From Octopus bimaculoides (Eukaryota), in assembly GCF_001194135.2 (NCBI RefSeq), contig NC_068988.1:35083006-35147005 (forward strand): DNA of 64,000 nt, in the 5' to 3' direction. Each line of letters starts with the position of its first letter. Position 1 is the first letter of the stretch. The notes beneath the pieces were generated by a model, which did not search any database, was not told the DNA's origin, and saw only the letters and a program-made list of their open reading frames with translations. Of this stretch, positions 39,900 to 54,445 are shown in pieces. Made by a program: the position numbers and the translations under genes.

Positions 39900-40640
39900 A
39901 TTTTCTACTTACGAGATATAAACAGGCAAATACTACCCCTTCTAAAAACCAAACGAAGAATATTATATCTCAGTATCGACTCTGAACCTCTGTCCACAGT
40001 TATAGAACATATCAGTGATATTCATTAACGAATAGCAAATCTCATTAGATAAGGAAATATATAAAAAAAAAAAAAGAAAAAAAGTTAACCGATACTACAA
40101 TATAACCTTAGCAAGAAGTGGTTTCAAAGAGAAACTGAAATATATACAAGCTGTAATAAAGAAAAACATTAAACTCAGAAACAGGTAGATAATATTTCTA
40201 ATCTTTAGTTTATAAACTTATCTACAAACATAGCAAATAACTTCCTCACACTGATAAATATACACTTCACTTTACTTAGATATCACAATATATTTAAAAG
40301 AATTTCTATAAAAGCCAACTCCTTTTGTTTGGACAATATAGGCTCACAAATCTTCAACTAAAATGATGCAATGCAAACTGTCTGTTAATAGAAAATGGTT
40401 ATCGAAACTGCTAGTGAATAGAGTTGGTGTAAGATTAAAAGATAATTCGAAAAGGGCATACAGAAGGTTAACAGAAAACACTTTTAAATATAGGAGCAAA
40501 ATAACTCCCCTTTGTTATTATAATAGACATGGTACTTCAAAGAGAGTGGATAAGAAACAAATACGATAACATGGAGTATAACTAAGGAAGCAATACTATG
40601 CTACGGAGGTGGAAGCAGCAAGTATTTATTCACTACTTAA
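39900..40640 (+). mobile_element. degraded Penelope-like element (post-RT region and GIY-YIG endonuclease)
   Basis: YNITLARSGFKEKLKY, LSTNIANNFLTLINIHF, RYHNIFKRISIK..CLDNIGSQI, LTENTFKYR, TITWSITKEA in shifting frames. Confidence 0.8.
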
Positions 40641-41202
40641 AAGTTTGAAATATAAACTACCCCTGGCAACGCTTTGAATGGGGCGAGGAAGGTGACATTG
40701 CTACCTGCTTACACAAAATCCAATTGCGAATCGTTTAAGCATATGTTTATATCAATTACATTTGAATTATAACTCTGATAAGTGTGAAATTACAGTATAA
40801 ATTTCGGCAAAATCAGTGTGATCTCCCTTTCGTTATGACAACCAGAATAATCATTAGGTGATTTTCATATGACATACTAACACAGATAACGTGAATATGA
40901 ATAATCTCATTAATTCACTCAGTCTGAAATAAACAACGAAATTAATATATTGTGGCGCCAACTTGGAGGCTTTCAAAATCTTTAAAATAGAACGGCCTTC
41001 AGCACCTAATATATATTGTAAACTCCGAGTAGAGAGATTGAAGAGCCAACAATGTACATTAAATATTATACCCTATAAACATATATACATGTTGTAGAGT
41101 ATTGTATAATGTTTCCATAATTCCTGAAGCAAGGAAGAAACAAAAATACAGCGCGCATGTGTATATGAGTATATTTTTGTCTGTATATGTGTGTGTATAT
41201 TT

Positions 41203-41513
41203 TCCCATATATATGGTTCTGAGTTCAGTACCACTGCGTGACACTTTGCGCAAGAGTCTTCTGCTATAGCCTCGGGTAGACCAAACTTTATGAGTGAATT
41301 TGGTAGACGGAAACTGAAAGAAGCCCGTCATATATATATATACATACATGTGTGTGTGTATGTTTTTGTTCTGCACTATCGCAACGGGTGTTGTTTCGTT
41401 TACGTCCACGTAACTTAGAAGTTAGGCAAAAGATACCGATACAATCAGAACTATGCTTAGAAAAAACGTACTGGGGTCGATTTGTTCGACTAAACCCTTC
41501 AAAGTGACGCCTC
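41203..41513 (+). mobile_element. CORE-SINE, OR-like family
   Basis: GAGTTCAGTACCACTGCGTGACACTTTGCGCAAGAGTCTTCTGCTATAGCC...GGAAACTGAAAGAAGCCCGTC. Confidence 0.88.
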
Positions 41514-42777
41514 ATTTATAACGAGTTAGTATTCTTGTACAAGAGGCGCAGTGTCGCCAAATACTTAAGATGCTCGCTTTTAAATCATAAATCTCTAGTT
41601 TCGATTCCTTGGCATAACATCTTGAGAAACTCTTCGGTCTTTAGAATCCCGTCGTATAGACTAAACCTTAAATTCAAAGGTCCAGCCTTCTCATACCGTG
41701 TCACTATGATGCTTCTTGAGAATTTAATCAAGGTTATACGTCTCAGGAATACTCAACCGCTTGCATGCTAATTCGCTGAGCTTTGTAGTGCCAGTTGATC
41801 GGAAACCATTACAGAGATTTTCGTTGCTAAGCCGCAGACCTTCTCGTCTTTTTGTATTGCTTGGACTACATTTTCCTTCATCTTTCGTTCCATTACAACA
41901 GTAAGATGTTATGTGATGTAGAATTGGCTACTATTTCTTGCGTGTTGTATGCCTCCTTCGAAGCTTCCTCTTTAACTCTTAGTTTGTTCGCTGCAAACTA
42001 TGAGCGATGCAGTATGTTTAAAGTTTTTTGTTTATGTGAATTGGATTTTCTTTTGTCGCTAGCGATTTAATCGTCACGTTACTCATGCATGTTTGTGGGT
42101 GAGAAATCTGAAATATCACTTAATAGCTAATATGTGACCAACTCGTACGTGGCAAGTATTTGTCTTTGTGTGTTGGCGATTGTATATGTCCACTCTTTGA
42201 GTGTATCAATACGATATACCACATTCAATTTGACAAAGAAAACTACCTGAAAAAAAAAAGAAATATTTGAAGGATATTTCATATACATATAGCACACACA
42301 CACACACACACACGTATATAAAACGAGAGAAATTTATGAAAAGATGTAAAAGAAGCGACTCAGTTTCATCATAATTTTTCTTTAAAACCTTTTTTCCATT
42401 TCAAAGTACTGAATTAACAGACACTTTGTTCGCAACATAATAAAATCCCATTATATATTTCTTCTATATTGGACTGTTCATACTTTCAGAAAATTCATGT
42501 ATGGAATTTGGTGTATTCACGATATGTCGTGAGCAAACCCCTAAAAATAATATCCAGAGAGAATTAATATAGCNNNNNNNNNNNNNNNNNNNNNNNNNNN
42601 NNNNNNNNNNNNNNNNNNNNNNNNNNNNNNNNNNNNNNNNNNNNNNNNNNNNNNNNNNNNNNNNNNNNNNNNNNNNNNNNNNNNNNNNNNNNNNNNNNNN
42701 NNNNNNNNNNNNNNNNNNNNNNNNNNNNNNNNNNNNNNNNNNNNNNNNNNNNNNNNNNNNNNNNNNNNNNNNNNNNN

Positions 42778-42812
<35 letters not shown>

Positions 42813-43560
42813 ATATCCTTTCCTAATTTTTAATATTTAATATTTTTCTATCTCTGTTTACCTGAAACATTGCCTCATTCTTAATTTATTTCTTTGCAGG
42901 TTTCGTGGCTTCTTGGAACTCAGTCTCCAGAACAAGGATTAGCAATTCCGAGATAGCATTTTTGAATTCAAAACAGTTCTTATCTTAAAATGAACTTCTC
43001 CTCCTTTAATGATGTGAATAAATATCATTCAGTATCACATACACACTTTGAAAGCCTTATCATTTCCGTAAACAATATTGCTATTTGAATTTGTGTTATG
43101 TATACAGCAAAACAGGAACGTAAAGAGTTTTTGGTATTATTTATTCCCCATTACACGTGTTTCTTTTGCTAGTAGGAATTACAAAGATTTACATGTTAGG
43201 TAGACAGGCAACGAATTTACATGTAAAACGCTTCATCCAAATGTAAAATTTGTATTATAATGTTTCTACCTGAAGAATTTCTAATCGGAAATTCTTTACA
43301 TGCCCATCTAACATGTAAATCTTTGTAATTCCTATTAGCAAATAAAACACGTGTAATGGAGAATAAATAATACCAAAAATCTTTTGCTTTCCTGTTCTGT
43401 TACACAATAACTCTGCCAATAATATTTCCATAATTCTCAATTTTCGCATTTATTTTGACTTACGTACACCAGCAACAATGACTACATGCTGCTGGATTGT
43501 AATAATGTGCTATGATGTGCTTCAAGAGAAAACAGCTGGTATTTACCCTAACTACGTACA

Positions 43561-43591
<31 letters not shown>

Positions 43592-43804
43592 TACGTAGTT
43601 CAGGCATTTTCTTATATAGAATTCAGTATGATGTATAGACTGGCAAAACTCTGAATATACTGTCAACTTCTTATGTAATAAGCACTGACATATGTACACG
43701 CACGCTGTACATTGAGAGAAAAAAAAATATCAAGGTGAGACTTTCCGATCAACATTATTAACTTGACGCACAAACGCGCGTGCGTGCGCNNNNNNNNNNT
43801 ATAT

Positions 43805-44215
43805 ATATAAATACTGAGGCATTCATTCGTCTTGCGAAACCATAGACCTGCGCTTAGAAAGTCTCGTTTTGGTTTTGTAGGCAGAACATCTGCAGTGAAT
43901 GTGGAAACCCATTTTCGTGATTACACTTAAAGATGCTGTCTGCTAGTCTAGTCCCTTGCTGTTTTTTGTTTTTTTTTTTTCGTCTAATTTGTCGTCAACA
44001 ATTTTCAGCGTCGCTTTTTGTCTTTTGCGTAGTTCCAGTTTTCAGCAAGGGCGACCATCAGCAATATACTACCACTTTTCAGCATTCACATTAAGTGATA
44101 TTATGTCGCTCTTGCAACCATTTTTGAAACGAAGATGCGGTTTGCCATATAGCAAGTCGTTTTGGTCCTTTCCATCTGACAATGCAATTGGAGACACCAC
44201 TGTTGCAGTAGGACG
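43805..44215 (-). mobile_element. RTE-clade LINE 3' fragment
   Basis: DGKDQNDLLYGKPHLRFKNGCKSDIISLNVNAEKW* resembles the RTE LLYG..GRPxLRFKDxCK motif; ends CTATGGTTTCGCAAGACGAATGAATGCC. Confidence 0.7.
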
Positions 44216-44580
44216 AAGACTTTTACTTCACTGGTAGTTTAGTTCATTTCATCAACTCTAGAAAGACAAATGTCAGAGTTGACCTCGACAGAATTTGAAC
44301 TCACAATGTAACTGACCATAACGGAATAACAGCATGCATTTTGTCCGACGCTCTAACGATTCTATTAAATGGCAAAATAACTGCATCAGTTATGAAGATA
44401 TGGCTATATAAAGCAAGCATCGAAGTTTAACAGAGAATAACCTTTTAAGACGTTTCTTCCTTATCCTCTTGGAATTCACCTTAGCCAAAAAGATGTTGTG
44501 TCCAACTCTGTCAAAAGCTAAAACACACTTCGCAATCATTGTCTAGATAATTGTAATGTTATCAGAAAAGATACTGAAAA

Positions 44581-45005
44581 TATTCTTTTATACTCTAGGC
44601 ACAAGGCTCGAAATTTTTGGGGAGGTGGGCAGTCGATTAGATCGACCCCAGTACGCAACTGGTACTTAATTTATCGACCCCGAAAGGATGAAAGGCAAAG
44701 TCGACCTCGGCGGAATTTGAACTCAGAACGTAAAGACAGACGAAATACAGCTAAGCATTTCGCCCGGCATGCTAACGTTTCTTATTTCTTTATTGACCAC
44801 AAGGGGTTAAACATAGAGGGGACAAACAAAGGGATTAATTCGATTACATCGATCCCAGTGCGTAACTGGTACTTAATTTATCGAATCCGAAAGGATGAAA
44901 GGCAAAGTCGACCTCGGCTGAATTCGAATTCAGAACGTAAAGACAGACGAAATACTGCTAAGCATTTCGCCCGGCGTGCTAACGTTTCTGCCAGCACGCC
45001 GCCTT
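44581..45005 (-). mobile_element. dimeric Meta-domain SINE with 12-bp target-site duplication
   Basis: Two Meta units in tandem; AAGATACTGAAA at 44568-44579 and 45006-45017. Confidence 0.9.
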
Positions 45006-46980
45006 AAGATACTGAAACTATTGCCTGAGCTATTGTTCGGCGGTGAACCACACTGCATGGTCAAAATGTGTTGATATCTTCGGTAGATCACTTTGCTGTT
45101 GATTATGTTTCTATAGATTTGCTGATGAAATAGATTAACGGTACGAATCGGCACTTTGAACGATCGGCTCTGGATTCCTCTTTATTGTAATTTTAGTTCT
45201 CATAAGATTGAGTTATCTTACAATTACCACATGGGCAGTTCCGTTAAAGAATGTTTGTTACCTTTTAATAATTTTCATGCCTATATGTTCGGACTTCACC
45301 TTGGAGATAATCATTTTGTGTCTGGCTCTGTCAAAAGTTTTTTGATGTTTAGAGCTAAGACACGTACATCGCAATTTTATGTCCAGATAATTGTTTTATG
45401 TGTGCGAACGGATACTGAAAACATCGGCTGAGCAATAGCTCGGCAATGAACCAAACCGGAATGACTTAATTATTTATTTCAGAGGTCACTTTGCTGTTAA
45501 TAATATGTTTTCTGATTTCGGCACAAATCCAGTAATTTTTACGAGAAACAGAGCAGTCGATACCACATAACTGAGTACTCAACTGGTACTTTATTTTATC
45601 GACCCCGGACGGATGAAAGAGAAAGTTGACCTCAGTGGAATTTGTACCCAGATCGTTAAAAGTTAGAATGAATGCCGTAAAGCATTTTTCCGGCACTAAT
45701 GATTTTACCAGATCGCCACCTTTGCTGTTAATTATGGTTCTATTACTGCCAATGCTGCAAATAATGGAATAAGTTGGCACTTTGAAATATCGGCTTTAGA
45801 GTCTTTCATAGTTTTCAGAAAAGCAATTACTGACTTGCTGAATTATGTGTGATATGTATTATTTTAAAGATTACATATTCCAACGTGATATAAGAAGATC
45901 ACTTTGTGCTGCCTTGCCATGTTGTGATTGTAGAATTCAAAGGATGCAGAGACTAGTAAAGATTGTTTGGAAGCGACGTTTGTTAGGGATACTGTCAGGT
46001 GGACATATTTATCTGATATAAATGATAAGACGTTTGCACCAGTACCGGAGAACTGTGTTAGTCAGATAGAGTTAAGTACCTTGGAAATATTAATTTACTC
46101 CCTACTGACTTAAAACAATGAAGTGTATATATTCTAAGTTATACTGTGCCTGAGTGAAACAGATGGTCATAGCTAAATTCCTTGATTATAAGTTTGCCGA
46201 ATTAGGGCTAATTTGAATCTGGACAATAACATCATTGTATAAGCTAGTCAACTAAGGAAGTCTCTACATATTTCTAAAACTGGCAATCAAATGTCTTGCG
46301 AATCACTTTTATTGCCTCAAAAAAAAAAAAAAAAAAAAAAAAAAGGAATCATACATTGGATGTTGTAGTTTAGTTAAGGATTTGTAATTTGTCTTCAGTG
46401 GTACAAAAACCTTATATTGAAAAGTTTAAGGAAGAAACATCTGAGATCGGGGGTAAACGAAAGACACATTTCATGGTTTTGGACTACGTCTCTGGTCAGA
46501 GATGAGATCTGTAAGCCCCAGGCCAGAGACATAGTCCGAATGCTAGCAGAATAGACTCTGCCTAAGGTAACTCGGCCTGCGTAACAGACTAAACCCAACA
46601 ACCAAGAACAGGCGTAAACCATTCGATATGATTCATACAGAGCAATGTAGCATTATGTAATAAAGCTGACCTTTCCTTTTGAATTTTTGTTACAATCAAT
46701 TGAAATTTCATGCGGTTTTTACTAACTTAATATCACTAATAAGACGTAGTTAAAAACAAAAAAAAAAAAACATGGCAGGTACCATGCACTGAGATCGAAC
46801 CCGGAAACATGTGACTGTGAAGTGAAAGTATTAACTCACAGCCATAAGAATAGTGATTCTATATAGCAGAAGGCATTTATCTAAGTTGTTGTGTAGTAAA
46901 ATCGAACCCGGAAGCACATGATTACGAAGTATAAGTATTAATTACGCAGTCATACTCGCATCTATAAGATAACAACTTTG

Positions 46981-47316
46981 GAGACCCCCTTCGGTCATGA
47001 ATGACCATGAGATTGCACCTAGAAAGTTACCGTCCCAGGCACAAGTTCAGGCAAGGTTGTTTGTGGAAGACCAGCAGTCGCCCATACATACCAGCTTCCC
47101 CTCTCCACGCCACAGATGTTATCCAAGGGAAAGGCAAAGGCCGATACAGCTTGGCACAAGTGACGTCGTAACCCATTTCTACAGCTGAGTGAACTGGAGC
47201 AACTTGAAATAAAGTGTCTTGCTCATGAACACAGCACGCAGCCCGTTCCGGGATTGGAACTGACAACCTCACGGTCGTAAGTTCGACGCTCTAACCACTG
47301 AGCCATGCGCCTTCAC
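46981..47316 (-). mobile_element. CORE-SINE (GGGGGTCT tail variant), full length
   Basis: tRNA-like head GGCGCATGGCTCAGTGGTTAGAGCGTCGAACTTACGACC...GTTCCAATCCC, CORE segment, tail CATGACCGAAGGGGGTCTC; partial plus-strand copy at 49789-49972. Confidence 0.92.
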
Positions 47317-48344
47317 CAAATTAAACTATATTAAACTATATTGTGGTTGCCTTAATTTTGAACACCCCCAATAACATATATTAGTGAAATGGTCCATAGT
47401 AAAGGTTAAACAACAAAAAGACCCAGTGTCAACCAAATTCCTGAAAAAGATGTTAGAACATGGATAACAGCACAGACTGGCCAGATTGCTTTGAAAGACA
47501 ATGAGACATTCGTATATCAGAGAGGGAAAGACGTAGCGTGCAGTTGAGAGTTGGCATTAAGATCATCTGATCATATGTGATTGGGCAGAACAGCATTGAA
47601 ATATATTACAACCGAAACCAGCTCATCTTTTATTCACAGTACATTTTGGTGACTTACATATTTCCACTTGTCAGTAGAAGGCTAAAAGAGAAGAGAGATC
47701 GTTAAAGCAATAGTCATTACATTTAGTGACTTGCATATTTCCACGTGTCCGTAGATTCCTACATTCGGTGCTAATGGGGACAGTGGCTAATTCACCTGTA
47801 GTGTAAGCCGAAGGGGTTATTCCTAGTGGAAATATCTGGTGTTGTTATTGCACATAAGTAACGCTAATTTGTAGCTTCTCAGTTAGTCCCTGTAATTACA
47901 ATGGAAGCCGTAATATAAACTAAGGATGTTATTTAAAGTTTGTACGATAAAGTGTGTACAATGGGCTAAGTAATGGAATAATAGAAAGGGTTCAAGAGTA
48001 CATAGAAAAAAAACATTAAGTTGAATACGGAAATTATAGCGTGTCATATGAGTCCGTAGTCTAGCTATCAAGTGAAATTAAACTATAGGAAAGAGTGCCC
48101 TAGCGCACTATGTACAATAAATATATAGTTCAGTATTTAGTTTATAATGTAGACTGAGTGTAAGTAGTGCTGAGTGGTAAGTAGGATGGTTAAGGTGAGG
48201 TAATGAGAGGTTAAGCAGGTCCGCTAATAACCTGTAAAATAGGGATTAGCGATATTTAAAGGATAAGTGGGGTTTAGCGATATTTTGAGAAGAAGAACTT
48301 GTCTTTATGCAATAGAAATTTTTTTAAATAGTTTACGGCTTGGT

Positions 48345-48560
48345 TAAAATTTATAAGCCCGTACGAATTCAAAATTACTTGGTCGATTGCAGCTAAGGCA
48401 CATGTTTACAGGAACGTTAACTTCAAGTCGCAAATGCAGTGCAAGTTTTATTTGCACGAGAAGACAAGGGCGTTGTTGTAAAACAAAGTGATTTAAACAG
48501 GAGAATGGCATTGTTGTCAGATAGATTTGAAAGTATAAGCCTCTTTGGTTATGAATTTTT
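48345..48560 (+). mobile_element. Penelope-like GIY-YIG C-terminal fragment
   Basis: FKITWSIAAKAHVY...CKFYLHEK...LNRRMALLS resembles the PLE IxWSI..KA..Y..CxLCLxEK..LNxRxE motif. Confidence 0.55.
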
Positions 48561-49307
48561 TTCAAACGGAAAAATAAAAGCTGATTTAGGAGTGATGCTT
48601 TAGATAAGTGATTTCTCAAAGAAGTCTTAATGGAAACAGAAGATTTCTAAAGGAAGAATAATTATAATGCGATCTCACTTGGCTTATGAACGGAAATATT
48701 GTCAGGCATTATTTGTTTTTCACAACGCCCTGATGACTGTGGCAATCCTCTATCCTTATCTCACCTCACGTATTAATAATTCAAACTAATAATTACTTCG
48801 CTAAATCAAAGTATATTGTTGCTACTTAATTAAGAACACAGCAACAATATATACTAGTGAAACGGTCCAGACTCTGGCGTGAGTACAACGAAAAGAGACC
48901 AGCGTTGGTTGTCTACCAACTCGCCACTGATAAACATAGCAGCTCGATAAACAATGTTGAAATAAAAATCTTTTTGACGTACCGACGCTGTCTGACAATG
49001 GTGTATATAACAGAAGTATTGCAGATACTGAAAGAAGAAATTGAATTCATCCATTCTCTTAGCTGAAGTACGAATGGCATAACATCAGGCGCACTACCGC
49101 TACCGTCATATACCAGGTAAAAATATTCCACCCACATTATTAAAGCTTAGACATAAATTAAGAAAAATACAGGAATGATGACATCAGAAATAAGTCGAGA
49201 TGTCTAATCATAGAGTGCAAAAAGAACAATAAAAAAAAATATCTTAGTACAATGTATTTCTAAGTAACTAACAAATCAGCAGTACATGTGTATATGTGTG
49301 TGTGCGT

Positions 49308-49338
<31 letters not shown>

Positions 49339-51157
49339 AGAGAGAGTATGTGCGTGTTAGTACAATTCAGACAAGCAGACAGCATGGACTGAGATCATGA
49401 GAAAACCATACGGTAGACAGACCAGCTGCATAGCCAGACAGGCTAGTAAGTAATATGTTAGAAATGATGAGAAAATCAAATGGCTATTATACAATCCAAA
49501 CCACATTAAATTTGACAGTAAACAACAAAAGTAATTACTAGAATCGGATATATGCAACGTACTGGCAGAGATGTTAGCGTGTCGGACAATGCATTGCGGT
49601 CTTTAGTCTAATCATCTGCTCTTTGAGGTCAAATTTCGCCATGGCCTATATGTGTTTTGGTCTTAACTGATCACATGGTTTAATACCACAACCCGCAACT
49701 AAGGGAGCCTTTATTGGTGTCCCTTCTTTTGCAAACATCTGGGTTAAATTTCCGGCTTCAGGATGCCTTTTTCTTTCTCGTTCACCGGGTCGCAGGTGCC
49801 AAGCTGTATCGGGCCTTGCCTTTCCCTTGGATAACAACGGTGGCGTGGAGAAGGGAGCCTGGTATGCATGAGCGACTGGTGGTCTTCTATAAACAACCTT
49901 GCCCGGACTTGTGCTTGGGAGGGTAACTTTCTAGGTGCAATCCCATGGTCAGTCATGACCGAAGGGGGTCTCAGTATGTATATCCATATATGTATGTATA
50001 TATATAAATAAATAAATATATATATATGTGTGTGTGTGTGTGTACATATAAATTTCATGTTAGGTGAAAGTTATATGGTCAAGATTTTGCCACCATTCAA
50101 CATTTTTCAACATTCTTCAGCATTGTCCTTAGAATGGCTACCGGCTGTACGAGATTTGATCAGAAAGCGCGTTGCAACAAACCATCACCACTGGATAGTA
50201 ATATATTAAGATAAATATCCATAACTATACACACAACAACAATAAATTCCTCACACCATACTACACTTCCAAAATACATTTTCCATTGTTTAAGAATATT
50301 TTTTCTACAGGGTTCTTTTAACCGAATTATTGTTAACCGACCAAAACATGCATCTTGCGTTTCAAAATATTTGTTTTTGCCCCTTTCAGGCAAAACAAAC
50401 ATTCACATTCAATATTTATTCTCATAAAATCACATACTGCTGGTAGCCTTTTTTAAACACAGATGGAGGAATGCTGGAAGAAGGTGACAGCGGTTTAAGC
50501 TACGCCAGATAGTTTTCTCATTACAGGAAACATAAAGTAGTTTGCCTCAAATAAGATACTGTATATAAAACATTAATACCGCTCAAATGCATTCAGTGCT
50601 TTGTTTTGCTGAACCTAATATCACACGAACAGTTCCATACACATATGTACGCGTGCGTGTATGTTTGTATGCGTACATAAATACGTAAACTTATTTGCAT
50701 GTATGTGTAAAAATATCTATATACTTGTGTGTGTGTGTGTGTGTGTGTGTCTGTGTGCGTGTGTGTGTCTGTGTGCGCGCGCGCGTCTCTGTGTGTGTAT
50801 CTGTTTGTACGGAAGTATAATATAATTTTATATACACAGAGTTGTAATATATCTGTGTATAAGTAGGTATTGATGTATGTTTTTATATCTGAGTGCATAA
50901 GTCTATTCGTATGCAAAGAATAATATGTTGGCATATCAGAAAACGGTAGAATAGCTCAAGAATTCAGAAGTAAACAATACATATACATAAGAAGGGGAAA
51001 AATAGGCTTGAAAATAAAACGAATTTACTATGTATAAAACAAACTCTATAGAACTGTAGGAACATATCTAGAGAATAAGGAAAGAGATAGAGAAAGAGAA
51101 GGAGAAGAAAGAGATGATGGAAATGGATGAGGAGCATGGGGGTAGCACTAGAAGAAG

Positions 51158-51240
51158 AAGAAGAAGGAGAAGAAGGAGAAGAAGAAGAAGAAGAAGAAGA
51201 AGAAGAAGAAGAAGAAGAAGAAGAAGAAGAAGAAGAAGAA
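51158..51240 (+). repeat. (GAA)n microsatellite
   Basis: Direct reading. Confidence 0.95.
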
Positions 51241-51633
51241 TGGCGAAAACGTCGACGATGATGACAATGACGTCGAAGAGGTAGAGGTAGAAACAACAGA
51301 AGCAAGAGCATGAAGAACATGATGTAAGCGATTTGAGAAGAGAATAAGAGAATACTAGAAGTGAATTGATCAATAATTGAGAGAGGTGTACTGTTTTGGT
51401 TGAATGAATGAAAAGAAATGAATAAAGCTGCTAGAAAATGGTCGTATGCAATAATTTTAGGTAAGATGTTGATAATACTGCATTTGCTAGGAGAACTTTT
51501 ATAGTTTCTGATCACCTGCCCGCGAAAAAGGAAAATAAAAACGAAGATGTATGTCCGTGTATATATTTGTAGATGGGTGTCTGCTTGCATGTGTGTAGGT
51601 ATACCGGTGGCTCTGTATATGTTTTTGTATGTA

Positions 51634-51639
<6 letters not shown>

Positions 51640-51675
<36 letters not shown>

Positions 51676-51855
51676 CATACATGTATTTATAGTACAATAT
51701 ATGTGCATGTATATGTACTATGTGTATGTATGCATAATATATACATATATACATGTATATATATGTATACGTATATAAATATATATATACATATATACGT
51801 ACATATGTATACGTATATAAATATATATATACATATATACGTACATATGTATACG

Positions 51856-51923
<68 letters not shown>

Positions 51924-52060
51924 TATATACGTATGCATATATATGTATATAAACTTGTACACACACAAACATGTTTATATATATGATTATTTATATAAAA
52001 ATGTATATATGTATGGGTATATATTTATGCGTATATAAGTGTGCGTGTGTATCTTTCAAT

Positions 52061-52116
<56 letters not shown>

Positions 52117-52165
52117 GTGCGTGCGTGCGCGCGCGTGTGTATATGTATATATATATATATATGCA
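51640..52165. repeat. compound (TG)n/(TA)n/(TATC)n microsatellite field with a short minisatellite
   Basis: Direct reading; source of the spurious YIYI/CVCV ORFs. Confidence 0.95.
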
Positions 52166-54342
52166 AAAAATATTGTATTGGCGACAGGGAAATATAAAGC
52201 TGCACGAACACATATGCAGCCATAACACACACATCCGTACACGCTCTAATATAAATACATACGTATGTATACATATATATATACGCATGCAAATATATAC
52301 ACTCACAAGCACACACACATACACATATAAACATACATACACACATGCATACATATATTATGTATGTGGGCAAAAATTACGAAAGGGAAATATAAAAGAA
52401 GCAGACTAATATAAAATATAGCGTATGGAAATAATTACACGAGATTTATTGCTGTAAGGTTAAAGATCGTGAAATTAGCATTCAGTCAAGTTACATACAA
52501 GCCTGGCCTAGCCATCATGGCGATTAAACGTGGCTTGGCGTTCGCAAAATCAAACAAGCAATATGTAAAACGATATTAAATGTTATCCGTGCGTTTCAGA
52601 AACAGGAACTGACGTCACGTATGTGTTGGTTACCCAAGATCGATTCAGCGTTAAAGCTAAATTGCTGCTAGGTGCGATAAACTGCTAAACGTGTACAAAT
52701 GCAAGTGATGGCGTGCGCGCATGTGATGTATGTAAGTATATACGTATACACGCATACATATGTGTGTGTGTGTGTGTATGAATATATATATATATATATA
52801 TATATANNNNNNNNNNNNNNNNNNNNNNNNNNNNNNNNNNNNNNNNNNNNNNNNNNNNNNNNNNNNNNNNNNNNNNNNNNNNNNNNNNNNNNNNNNNNNN
52901 NNNNNNNNNNNNNNNNNNNNNNNNNNNNNNNNNNNNNNNNNNNNNNNNNNNNNNNNNNNNNNNNNNNNNNNNNNNNNNNNNNNNNNNNNNNNNNNNNNNN
53001 NNNNNNNNNNNNNNNNNNNNNNNNNNNNNNNNNNNNNNNNNNNNNNNNNNNNNNNNNNNNNNNNNNNNNNNNNNNNNNNNNNNNNNNNNNNNNNNNNNNN
53101 NNNNNNNNNNNNNNNNNNNNNNNNNNNNNNNNNNNNNNNNNNNNNNNNNNNNNNNNNNNNNNNNNNNNNNNNNNNNNNNNNNNNNNNNNNNNNNNNNNNN
53201 NNNNNNNNNNNNNNNNNNNNNNNNNNNNNNNNNNNNNNNNNNNNNNNNNNNNNTATATATATGCGCATGTGAAGATATACGTGTGCGTGTGTATGCATAT
53301 ACATAATGCGTGTGTATACGCGTAAATACCACAGAGAGGACATAAAAGAGATTAAGGGACAAATCATCAAACCTACAAGCGTATTAACTAGCTTGCTGAG
53401 TGGACAAACATATATAAAATATAAAATATGGTAAGCATAATAATAGAAGAGGGACAGAACAAAAAGCGAACTGAACTGCGTATCAAAAAGAAAATGAAAA
53501 GAAAAGGAAATGTCTAAAGCAAGCAAAATGGACAAAAACCAATGTATATTAAAGCATAGAAAAAAAACATGAACAACATTAAAAAAAAATATGGAGCAAT
53601 GAATATATGCGTTTGCTCAAACACTGATACACGTGCGTACTCACACGTATAGGAAGGCTTAACGGATAAAACATCTCTTCCATGCATATATATATATATG
53701 TACACATACACTCATATAGGTAGACATATATACATATATATATATATATATATATGCATACATGTATGACGCTATATATGTAAATGTGTTTAGACATGCT
53801 TACAGTATGCATACGCACGCTGGTTTAGTTTCCTGCAGAGAAGCAAACGTGCAGAAATATTCTAATAATTACCGAGTAAAGGCTGTAAAGCGATCAGAAA
53901 TAATCATTATATTATTGGTAGCAGGATCAGGCTTATGCACGTCAAAGAACAAGGCAACCGTCTGTATGATGCGTATCGTACTCGTAATATAAATATATAT
54001 GCATTACTCATATATGTATATGCATGCATAAAAGAAAACATGCATATATATGCATATAAATATGAGTGAATATTTATATAGGTACATGCATATCTGTATA
54101 CACATACACATACACATACATGTATAATATAATATAGTATAATATAATATAATATAATGTAATATATTACAATATAATATAAGGTAATACTATATAATAT
54201 AATATTATATTGTATTGTTGACGTTATTTTTTTGACGAGTAGCCTTCGACATTTTCTATCCCAAGGGATTTTTTACCCAATATTTAAGCACTATTATTTA
54301 TAACTTTATCTGCTTCCAATTTCACCTTTCCCCAAAATAATT

Positions 54343-54379
<37 letters not shown>

Positions 54380-54404
54380 CATAAACACACACACACACAC
54401 ATAA

Positions 54405-54445
<41 letters not shown>

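Noticed and set aside
42900-42990. Strong plus-strand acceptor at 42899, and antisense frame KNCFEFKNAISELLILVLETEFQEATKPAKK*
   Set aside because: All frames close quickly, there is no matching donor, and no homology is recognised
47240-47316. tRNA-like sequence (also heads at 18947, 21913, 33245, 62940)
   Set aside because: Each continues directly into CORE or Meta SINE bodies and lacks a proper acceptor stem; these are SINE heads, not tRNA genes
50964-52409. Poly-Ser/poly-Leu and YIYI/CVCV/HTHT ORFs
   Set aside because: Translations of (GAA)n, (TA)n, (TG)n and (TATC)n microsatellites
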